In this document: one piece after another, positions 53,756 to 64,000 of the stretch
Numbering within the stretch: position 1 is the stretch's first letter
Layout of the letters: every line of letters begins with the position of its first letter
Source: Bugula neritina
Taxonomy: Eukaryota > Animalia > Bryozoa
DNA: 64,000 nucleotides
Assembly (NCBI GenBank): GCA_964035545.1
Contig: OZ037772.1
Location: 806,001-870,000 of the forward strand
Direction of reading: 5' to 3'
Program-made: the position numbers and the translations under genes
Notes under the pieces: generated by a model
What the model was told of the DNA's origin: nothing
The model's input: the letters and a program-made list of their open reading frames with translations, nothing else
Database searches by the model: none

Positions 53756-56671
53756 TACTAGGTTTCCCTCACAGATATGCTATATGCTATATACTTCAAC
53801 TGACAGGATTACTATCCTTTGACTGCATTCCATGGATCATTTTTACTATACTGTTTACATATCTAGTATATTTCTAGAAATGTTGAAAAATGTGGTGTTC
53901 CAAATTTGTTAAATGACCACTTGTAATGCATACTGGTGTTGCTTGGTTCATAGGACCTGTCGGACAAGCTGGAGAAACTGGCCCAGCTGGTATACCTGAT
54001 CCAACTGGCTCAATGGGAGTCACAGGAGAACCCGGATCTGATGGAAGGTAATATTTGTGTTTCACTTCGCCCTATTCAGCTTCTTGGAACTTTTTATCTC
54101 TTTTGTTTTTATAATTTGTTGTCAATTTTTTCAGAGATGGTTTACCTGGAGTGCCGGGTGCTGATGGTAGACCTGGGGAGCAGGGTGATCAAGGACCTCC
54201 TGGCCCCATGGGTCCAGTGGGAAACCCCGGTAACCAGGGGCCTGAAGGTGCTCAAGGAGACAAGGGTGATAAGGCAGGAACATTCTTTATTCAGTTTGCT
54301 CTTTATTTCAGTTCTCTGGTTTTCCACTAGTCAATCCTGTAGTTGTTTATTTGTTTTAGTTTATTTATGTTAATACTAGAGTTGCTTCAGTGACATCACA
54401 TCATGTAATATATTACATAACAGTACAGTACATAGCAATGCAGTATAATACACCATAATATAATATGTTATACAATACAATATTGTTACAGAAAATAGAA
54501 TTCACTAATATCTCACAGCTAAGTTGTGTCTCCTAAATATATTCATTACTATAGGGGCCAGCTGGGCCACAGGGTGCTTCTGGACCAACTGGATTGTCTG
54601 GACCAGCGAGTCCACGTGGGCCAACTGGTCCTCAGGAACCCCAGGGAGCTAAGGTATGAATTAAGTTGAACCTATCTTTGTCCTTAGTTATTGGCCATCA
54701 ACAGAATCATGGCTCTAAGAGTTTTCCTACCTGGTAAGAAGGTAAGGCAACTCCTAACTCATGATAATATGAATGGTGCTGCTGTTGTAGGACCCACTGG
54801 TTTCCAGGGACCTCAGGGATTTCCCAGATCTCCGGGTATTGATGGTGAAAGAGGAGATGTCGGATAACTTGGTATTGCTGGACCACCCGGGCTACTGGGT
54901 GCTGATGGCAAACAAGGAATAACTGGTTCTTCTGGTGCTATGGGTGCTATGGGACCACCTGGACCTGATGGTGCTAAGGTAAACACTTACACTGTTAACA
55001 GGTTATTGTTATTCATCTTGTTGGTTTAGTGGTAATAAGCCAATAGTTTGTATTTCTAGGGTGAACAAGGGAGAGATGGGGAAATGGGTAGTCTCTGCAG
55101 ACCTGGACCACCTGGACCACCTGGTGAAGCCCCAGTATTTGGTTAGTTATTAGCAAAACTGAATCATTGTTCATTACTTGTATCTTTTTTATTTTCTTTC
55201 AACTGTATATTGATGATCTTTTGGGAATTTCATCCATAGCCTGTGATTGAAGCTTTTATTTTATTCTACCATGGGTTATGTTAGGTGCTCCCCCTATGAT
55301 GATGAGTGCAATGATGTCCAACGGTAAAGGTGTACAAGCAGATGATGCAGGCGCCAACAATGAGCTCTATAATATGTACCTCAGTGAGTAATGGCCATGA
55401 TGTGCTTTGATGTTGCCCGATTTGTAGCAGAAAGGCTCTTTTGAATGCTGTTTTGGAACTCAAATGATGGACCTGTTTCAAATTGTTTGTATGTTTAATT
55501 TGCAGACAAACAATTTTATAATTTACTGCTAGAAACTATTATAATAAAACTATAGACAGCTGTTATAATGTGTTTCTCCTCCTAGCATTGATGATTGACA
55601 TTCTTGTTTGATGAGTCACCTATTTAGTTCGTTTCTCCAGTTAAATGTTTCTACATTCTGACATATTATATAATGTTGATTTTATTGCTGTTAGCTTACA
55701 TAACTACTTCCACCTTATTTCTCTAGAAACAAAAGTAAGGGACGGGTCTAAAGACAGCCCTGTTAGAGACTGTAGAGAACTCTTCACTGAAAACCCAGAG
55801 TTCAAGAGTGGAACTTATTGGGTGAGAGAAGATGCCGATATGTTTCTATTTTCTCTGCTCAGAGGAAATCTGCATCTAAGTCTAATGACTGAAATTTTGT
55901 GAACATGTTTGACATTCTACAATTACTACTCCTAAGATGTCAATATAATGCCATGCAAAGTTTTTACAGATATTTAATGAATTCTGTATATTCTACCGCT
56001 GAACCGGTTTTAGGAGTTTTATTTGATTTTAGCATTGTGTTAGTGTGAAATAGAGAAGTTGTATTCTCTATTGTTTGTTGTCAGGTGGATCCAGATGGTG
56101 GCTCCATAGCTAATGCTATCCAGGCTTACTGTCGCAAGGAAATGAAGAGCACTTGCATCATTGTACAGACCTTCGAGTTTGCCACCAAATCGTACGTCAC
56201 CCAGCAGCTAGATAATCAGCCATTCGTTGCTAAACACATGGGAACAGCACTCGTAAGTGTTTATCTTGTATCAACCATGACTGTCTTAGTAATAGTCAAA
56301 AATATTCAAAAGTTTTATGTTGATGAGTATTGCTATAGTAACATATTTGTTTACTGTATAGATGTTGATAAGTATTGCTATAGTAACGTGTTGGTTTCCT
56401 GTATGGATGTTGCTAGTCACCAGATACTAGTCCTCTACTATGTTGCTAGTCACTTGATAATCTGAACATTCACTGGCTTCTTCCTAAGCTGAACGAGTTG
56501 TTGGCATGACTATTCCTTTTGCTGATTGTAGATGTATAAACTCAGTAGCAGTAGAAGACGCATACGGTGGGAAGAATAAGTCAGTCATTTTATATACAGC
56601 TGGTGATAAAGAATACACAGCAACAGTCAGCAGGTTCCAATATTCAGTGCTGCAGGATGATTGCAAGGTAT

Positions 56672-56890
56672 GTAAATCTGACCTGTATAGTGTAAATAAG
56701 ACCTATATACTGTTAATCTGACCTATATAATGTAAATCTGACCTATATAGTGTAAACCTAACCTATATACTGTAAATCTGACCTATATGGTGTAAATCTG
56801 ACCTATATAGTGTAAATCTGACCTATATAGTGTAAATCTGACCTATAAAGTGTAAATATAACTTATATAGTGTAAATTCTACCTACATAT
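56672..56890. repeat. 20-bp minisatellite GTAAATCTGACCTATATAGT, ~11 copies
   Basis: Tandem copies starting at the donor after the YSVLQDDCK exon. Confidence 0.92.
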
Positions 56891-57904
56891 GAACATGATT
56901 GCGATAGTTGCATCTTTTTGTATTGATATACAATATAGCTTGCCTTTGAGGCTTTTTAACAACTACTAATGAGTTCAACCCAAAAGCACTTTGATTTCTG
57001 TGCAAGTTTAGAGTTTTGAGTTTGCCCTCTGCAATTTTGTAGTATTCCAAATCATCAGAAGCTCAGACAGTGATTGAGATTTACACCAAGACCCCCACCC
57101 ACTTGCATATTATTGACATAGCTCCTGGTGACATCGGGACCACCCACAAAGAGTTTGGGGTTCAGCTTGGAGAAGTCTGCTTTTCATAGACTCATATCTA
57201 ACAACAGTGTTATTTGGCTGATTTTTTAAAACTGTCCCTGATTTGAGAATTAGTGGCCAATCAGAGAATGCAATCAATGTTGGTTGGCTGAGACCAGCAG
57301 TCTGATTCTTATATAACCTAATTTTTAACTGAAATATTTGATTACTCTAAATAAATTTATCCGAGACTTCCAAGGCAGTGATGGTGATTTTTGTACATAT
57401 AAATTTGGAGGAGTTTAGCTATAGGGTTTATGCTGTTTTTTAATTATTCCACCATAACCTGAGATTGTGAGTAGTAATTCTAGAATGAGGTAGGGGGGGT
57501 GTAACGCCCCTCCATATGACTTTATATATTTAGAAACTGTTGTTAATTTAGTAATTCTGTTGGTGCTGCATTTTTAAATTCATTTAATCCAATCATTTCT
57601 CTGATATTGCAAAATATATTTTACCATACGGTGCTACGCAAGTTACTTCTCAGCTTGTAAATTTCATCATCAAATAATTATAGTACTAAAGTTGGTCACA
57701 GATTTCTGATAAGCTGCAGTTTTCAGATCTGATTATTTAACCTATTCATCCTGAAATTAGACATTGTTAGTTTAAAATGGAATTTAACATATGTTTTAGT
57801 CACTTAGTTCCAACTGTGTTGACCATATCAACATTTTAAATTTTACTTTGGCTGCTATGAAGTATATAAGCAAATGGCATTAAGTTATTAATATATAATG
57901 AGGT

Positions 57905-58232
57905 TTGCAAAGACTTAATATACCAAGCAACTGTGACAAGACATGCCAATAACTCCAGCCAATCATACATAGGACTTTGTTCAACTACCTTCAAAGCCAG
58001 ACTCAACAACCATAAAGCCTCTTTCTACATGCAGATAAAGCCAACAGCACACAACTCAGCAGACACATCCGGGAGTTAAAACAAAAACAACACGAATTTC
58101 AGCCTAAAATGGATCATTTTAAAAATTTGTAAATCATACTCAAACCTAATCAACAGATGTAACTTATGTAGCTATGAGAAATATGTAATTTTGAAACAAC
58201 CGGAGTTATCCACTCTCAACAAACGCAAAGAG
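57905..58232 (+). mobile_element. Penelope-like element 3' remnant, GIY-YIG endonuclease
   Basis: LIYQATV......SYIGLCSTTFKARLNNHKASF....ANST.LS.HI.ELK, frameshift, then YSN...RCNLC.YEK..I......TLNKRKE. Missed by the ORF track. Confidence 0.85.
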
Positions 58233-58424
58233 CGAAGTGTGAGAATTCCAGGCTGGTGACCTGCCACACACAGTGCGTGTGTTGCGAGTGCAAAATATTA
58301 TTAGCAAATGATGTTAGCGTTAAACTTTACTGCTCGCCTACAGACGTTTGTTTTAAACAGCGTCACCAATTTGGATATTATAAAAGCGGAAATGCAAAAT
58401 ATATAAAACTGTTTTAATTCAGCT

Positions 58425-60613
58425 CAGTATATTTTGTTATACAGTATACTACGTTATACAGTATACTATGTTATACAGTATACTATGTTATACAGTATAT
58501 TATGTTATACAGTATATTATATTATACAGTATACTATGTTATACAGTATATTATGTTATACAGTATATTATGTTATACAGTATACTATGTTATACAATAT
58601 ATTATGTTATACAGTATACTATGTTATACAGTATATCATGTTATACAGTATATTTTGTTATACAGTATATTATGTTATGCAGTATATTATGTTATACAGT
58701 ATGTTATGTTATACAGTATGTTATGTTATGCAGTATACTATGTTATACAGTACATTATGTTATACAGTACATTATGTTATACAATATACAGTATACTATG
58801 TTATACAGTATATTATGCTATATAGTACATTATGTTATACAATATACAGTATACTATGTTATACAGTATACTATGTTATACAGTATATTATGTTATACAG
58901 TATATTATGCTATATAGTATATTATGTTATACAGTATATTATGTTATACAGTATACTATGTTATACAATATATTATGTTATACAGTATACTATGTTATAC
59001 AGTATATCATGTTATACAGTATATTTTGTTATACAGTATATTATGTTATACAGTATATTATGTTATACAGTATACTATGTTATACAATATATTATGTTAT
59101 ACAGTATACTATGTTATACAGTATATTATGTTATACAGTATACTATGTTATACAATATATTATGTTATACAGTATACTATGTTATACAGTATATCATGTT
59201 ATACAGTATATTTTGTTATACAGTATATTATGTTATGCAGTATATTATGTTATACAGTATGTTATGTTATACAGTATGTTATGTTATACAGTATACCATG
59301 TTATACAGTATACCATGTTATACAGTATATTATGCTATATAGTATATTATGTTATACAGTATACTATGTTATACAGTATATTATGTTATACTGTATATTA
59401 TGTTATACAGTACATTATGTTATACAGTATACTATGCTATACAGTATATTATGTTATACAGTATAATATGTTATACAGTATACTATGTTATACAGCATAT
59501 TATGTTAGACTGTATATTATGCTATACAGTATATTATGTTATACAGTATAATATGTTATACAGTATATTATGTTATACAGTATACTATGCTATACAATAT
59601 ACTATGTTATACAGTATATTATGTTATACAGTATATTATGTTATACAGTATACTATGTTATACAGTATATTATGTTATACATTATATTATGTTATACAGT
59701 ATATTATGTTATACAGTATATTATGTTATACAGTATATTATGTCATACAGTATACTATGTTATACAGTATACTATGTTATACAGTATACTATGTTATACA
59801 GTATATTATGTTATACTGTATATTATGTTATACAGTACATTATGTTATACAGTATACTATGCTATACAGTATATTATGTTATACAGTATAATATGTTATA
59901 CAGTATATTATGTTATACAGTATACTATGCTATACAATATACTATGTTATACAGTATATTATGTTATACAGTATATTATGTTATACAGTATACTATGTTA
60001 TACAGTATATTATGTTATACAGTATGTTATGTTATACAGTATATTATGTTATACAGTATATTATGTCATACAGTATACTATGTTATACAGTATACTATGT
60101 TATACAGTATAATAAGTTATACAGTATAATATGTTATACAGTAAGTTATGTTATACAGTATATTATGTTATACAGTATACTATGTTATACAGTATACTAT
60201 GTTATACAGTAAGTTATGTTATACAGTATACTATGTTATACAGTATACTATGTTATACAGTAAGTTATGTTATACAGTATACTATGTTATACAGTATACT
60301 ATGTTATACAGTAAGTTATGTTATACAGTATATTAAGTCATACAGTATAATATGTTATACAGTATATTATGCTATACAGTACATTATGTTATACAGTATA
60401 TTATGTTATACAGCATATTATGTTATACAGTATATTATGTTATACAGTATACTATGTTATACAGTATACTATGTTATACAGTATACTATGTTATACAGTA
60501 AGTTATGTTATACAGTATATTATGTTACACAGTATACTATGTTATACAGTAAGTTATGTTATACAGTATATTATTTTATACAGTATACTATGTTATACAG
60601 TATATTATGTTAT
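58425..60613. repeat. 17-bp satellite TATGTTATACAGTATA(C/T), ~2.2 kb
   Basis: Continuous tandem array; explains the YSILCYTVYYVIQ ORFs. Confidence 0.98.
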
Positions 60614-60627
60614 ATTAACCAACATAC

Positions 60628-61932
60628 AAATGAGATGCTGTTGTCAGTCTATAATGATGAATATTATACACTGGAACTGGGTTACTCTCTCACCTCCCCT
60701 CACTGCAGCTCAGCTAGACCAGATCTTCCCAATAGTGATGAATTTGGGCTTTTTTAGGGAAGATTTCTATTTCTAAAAATTTCACAGTTTGTTACCAGCT
60801 CTTTGAGCTCTTGCCTTGTTTTCAAGATTACATGTACTGCATATGTATAACTATAACTCCTTCATTTTATGTAGTTCATATATTTATCCACACTACACTC
60901 TACAATCTAAGTTTACTTGTACATCCATGTGTCTATTATTCACTCTACTTTAGCTGCTATACCTGTCCTACTACGAATGAAGGTTCAGAAGTTTGAATTG
61001 GAAGCAAAACCAACAGGAAGTTTAAGCAGCAATGCAAGCTCATTTCTATAAACTATACACACTGCATACATATAGTGGATATATTTCCTGTGTTCCAGTG
61101 CAATCATCACATCATCGCTCTTCATTATAGCTGCATCAATCCTTTCAAAGCTGAACTCAAGTTGTGACCTTGACATAATTCTATGATACAACTATCCTCA
61201 CACTCAATAAATTATTAGAAAAAGAACCTGTTCCAGAGATATTTTTCAAAAAGCATTTCTGCGAATATATTTGAACTTTTAACATTATTTGACAGTGTTT
61301 CTCTGAGCTACCTTCATAAGAGAGTTACATGAGAGTGTCATTGAGCTGGTTTACAGTGAAGGATGATTTGATGAGTTCTGTGTTTCCACAAGCAAACTCT
61401 ACCCACACATTGCTGATAATACTTTAACAGTTTTAGTGCCATTCAGCACCACGTTTTTATATAAGGTAGGATTCCTTCAATTAATATGCCAATGGTTAGG
61501 AATCAGCAAATAAACTGCCTTGACCTGCAAAGTGACCTACAATGTACAGCTTGTCAAAACCCAAGTCAAACTTAAGCAAGCTGCAGCACAAATTCACCAG
61601 CTGCAGCCATAGTATTAATAATTGAACTGCTCTGTGCTTTTTACATGCATAATATAATAATCATAATCTTATATTATAATCAAATATACTAGAACAAATA
61701 TAGACTTCTATTGTATATTATACCTATCATTCATAAATTGCGCTTTTAGAAAGAGGGGAACTTAATAGTAAACAGTTATGGAAGGGGAGATGATATGGTA
61801 TGAAAAAGGTTTGGAACCACTGAGCTAGAGGAACCACCATACCTCTACCATAGCATCACATCCCTCTGCCATCTTGATTGCAGCCTGCCAGTTAAGAAAA
61901 TTCAGGATTAATCAGATGTTCAGTGATGTCGC
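60628..61932 (-). pseudogene. Degenerate multi-exon gene remnant, product unknown
   Basis: AG/GT-bounded segments: FLNWQAAIKMAEGCDAMVE/LVNLCCSLLKFD, NVWVEFACGNTELIK...IDAAIMKSDDVMIALEHRKY..., TFIRSRT/EIEIFPKKAQIHHYWEDL; several in-frame stops. Confidence 0.45.
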
Positions 61933-62921
61933 TGAATATGCTAGTACTAAACAGCTCAACTCAAACATTATAATAAAAATATTTTACATAATGAAAGTAC
62001 AAACAAAAAGATGCAAGTGCTAGCTGACACTGAGGTAGACTAATAAGAGACAAATCTCTTGTAAAGATTTTGCTACTAAAAAGGACATAGATGTAATTAT
62101 CGGTATTTTTGTAATTTGAAAATATACAGGACCGGAATTGGATATTCTAAAATAGCTCAATTGAAAAACATGCACACCTGATGCCCTGGATAATTTTTCA
62201 GATTTCAACCTCAGAGTTGTCTCTCTTCGACGCTAAAATATAGCGCTCCGCTCAATGAATGCAACATTTCTTTCACGTGATTAATATAGAGCCGACCTTT
62301 GTAGTTGAGTGACGTGTAATAATCCTTCTGCGCGCAGAACTTCCTCGTTATTTTGGTTTTATTCATAATATTCATATTGTGCCTTTTCTCAGTTACTACT
62401 TACTAGTTACCAAGTTTCTGACCAGTTTACAGACTGACACTACTGACTCTCGTGAGGTGAGAACAGTTTGAGTCATCTCATCATTTCTCAAATTAATCAG
62501 GTACCCGTATTTTAATACTTGCGGTTAGATTTACTATTTTAGTATTTACTATTTAGTATTTTACTATTTTAATTCTAGATTTACTTTTAGTTTTAGTTTT
62601 ACTTTTAGCCTTTAGGCTTTAGGTTTAAGTCTAGGCTTATAACTTATATAATATCAATATGAGATTAAGCTTAAGACTAAGTTATATTGTAATGGATTTT
62701 CACCCTCTATTAGTTTTTAACTGCGTGAGTCAGTATTACAACTACTGTTGCGTATCGTTTTGAATGCTGTAATTATAGCTAAGTTGCACTAGCTTTCTAA
62801 TGCCTTATTATTGTGATTAAGCTTTCAGTATAATGTAATTTTTATTAAATACGCATTTCCAGAGTTATTTTCCCTTTTTGCTATTTCATCGTTTTGCATT
62901 AATACTGATACTGGAAATTTG

Positions 62922-63252
62922 TGTAGCTTTTATGAATGCCTTCAATAGGTTGTTATTATAGCTAAATTCTTGGCCTATTGAATTATTCATTCTCCTTTGT
63001 CTATTTTTCTTTTGTTACTGTCAAGCTTAACTTTCTTTTGTCTGTTGGAACATTCTAGATGTGAATTCTTGTGTATAAAAGCAGGCGAGTTTCCAGTGTA
63101 GCTTCAGACTACTACTGGAGCTCGCTGGTAGTAGGACCACATGAGCTGTATCTGATACAATAAAGGTTATCCTCATTTGTACTCAAATACTTGGCTTATT
63201 CTTTCTAGAGCATGTAGGCACTAGTTGCATTCAGAACCCACAGTTTACTACA
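62922..63252 (+). repeat. 5' LTR of second Gypsy element (start uncertain: 62922 or 63097)
   Basis: Ends ACTACA just before the PBS; TATAAAAG at ~63074 and AATAAA at 63159; TGTAGC at both 62922 and 63097. Confidence 0.6.
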
Positions 63253-63253
63253 T

Positions 63254-63271
63254 TGGTGGCAGCGGTGGGAT
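63254..63271 (+). promoter_or_regulatory. Primer binding site, tRNA-Leu type
   Basis: TGGTGGCAGCGGTGGGAT, identical to the PBS of the left element. Confidence 0.9.
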
Positions 63272-63302
63272 TTTCGAATAACTAGTTGCCGAGCGGCGCG
63301 CA

Positions 63303-64000
63303 ATGGCCCCAGGGGACTCAGCCCCTGAGGCAGCAACACCACCAGCCCTCACTGTTGAGGCGCTGGTCACAGCCCTCCAGAGATTGCGGGGTCAAGGACA
63401 GGCATCACCTGGTGACAGGTATCGCCTCCAGCCCCCGAATTTCGGAGGAGAAGGAGACGTAGAGCAATTCATCAGGGAGTTCCAGGATGTGGCCACCATC
63501 GCTGAATGGCCAGTACGGGTGCGCATCCTCCAACTCCGGGCCTGTCTGACAGGCCGGGCCAAGAGCTTCGCTCTTGGGCCTGATGAAGAGCACATCATGC
63601 GAGCTCTCAGAGCCCGGTTTGGCCTAACAGCCGAAGAAGCAGCTGATCATTTGCAGATAATGAGGAGGGACCGGAGGACTCCTCTGGAAGATCACGCTAA
63701 CGAGGTAGAGCGCCTGGCTCAGGCTGCTTTCGGTCAAGCCACTGGCGACGCCCGGAAGCGCCTCGTTTATAACGCGTTCTTCCGGAGCGTTAATCACCCG
63801 GACCTGCAGCGATACTGGCTGGCCGCCAAGGTCAACAGTATAGAAGAAGCACTGGAAATGGGGAAGGCTTACTTCCAGGTGGAAGAGCCTAGGCGACCGA
63901 GCTATACAGCCCGCCAAGTGGTCGAGGAGCATGAGGAGACCACCCCACTTCCAACTCCACAGGTAGCAGCAGCTGCAACTAAATCACCCGAGCAGATGCA
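63303..64000 (+). CDS. gag: Gypsy gag, partial (runs off window end)
   Basis: MAPGDS...DRYRLQPPNFGGEGDVEQFIREFQDVA...WP.RV.ILQLRACLTG.AK...RARFGLTA...VERLAQ, collinear with the gag at 1804-2673. Confidence 0.92.
   Translation, partial: MAPGDSAPEAATPPALTVEALVTALQRLRGQGQASPGDRYRLQPPNFGGEGDVEQFIREFQDVATIAEWPVRVRILQLRACLTGRAKSFALGPDEEHIMRALRARFGLTAEEAADHLQIMRRDRRTPLEDHANEVERLAQAAFGQATGDARKRLVYNAFFRSVNHPDLQRYWLAAKVNSIEEALEMGKAYFQVEEPRRPSYTARQVVEEHEETTPLPTPQVAAAATKSPEQM

Larger units (their letters stand above)
50920..57189 (+). pseudogene. Fibrillar collagen alpha chain, 3' half (Gly-X-Y exons + COLFI C-propeptide), disabled
   Basis: About ten Gly-X-Y exons, then DGSKDSPVRDC.EL....PEFKSGTYWVDP.GG, CINSVA, YSVLQDDC and TVIE...L.IIDIAP.DIG....EFG..LGEVCFS*. 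Frameshifts near 50985, 52257 and 53327, TAA at 54865, several Gly substitutions. Confidence 0.93.

Noticed and set aside
58434-60776. Tyr-rich plus-strand ORFs
   Set aside because: Translation of the 17-bp satellite in all frames.
63392-63932. Minus-strand ORFs at the window end
   Set aside because: Antisense to the plus-strand gag.

Overview
Eukaryotic (metazoan, invertebrate-like) repeat-rich genomic DNA; no prokaryotic features. Two related Ty3/Gypsy LTR retrotransposons with tRNA-Leu primer binding sites bracket the window and run off its ends. The left one has a clear -1 frameshift signal between gag and pol. A ~19.5 kb satellite of strictly phased 10-bp monomers with nested higher-order duplications fills 5.76-25.26 kb and accounts for most ORF-track entries, which are artefacts. 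It appears to lie in an intron of a disabled minus-strand gene. From 27.9 to 57.2 kb there is a run of disabled, mostly intron-containing, plus-strand fragments of unrelated genes (CLASP C-terminus, SPOP BTB/BACK, ZEB/Zfh1 zinc fingers, DUF4806-like, NRF-6-like, a Cys-rich EB-like exon, the 3' half of a fibrillar collagen). These are mixed with a pogo/Tigger transposon, MITEs, LINE and Penelope-like remnants, another gag and LTR remnant, and many minisatellites, several of which start at splice junctions. I found no intact host gene. All family assignments come from motif recognition by eye, not database searches.
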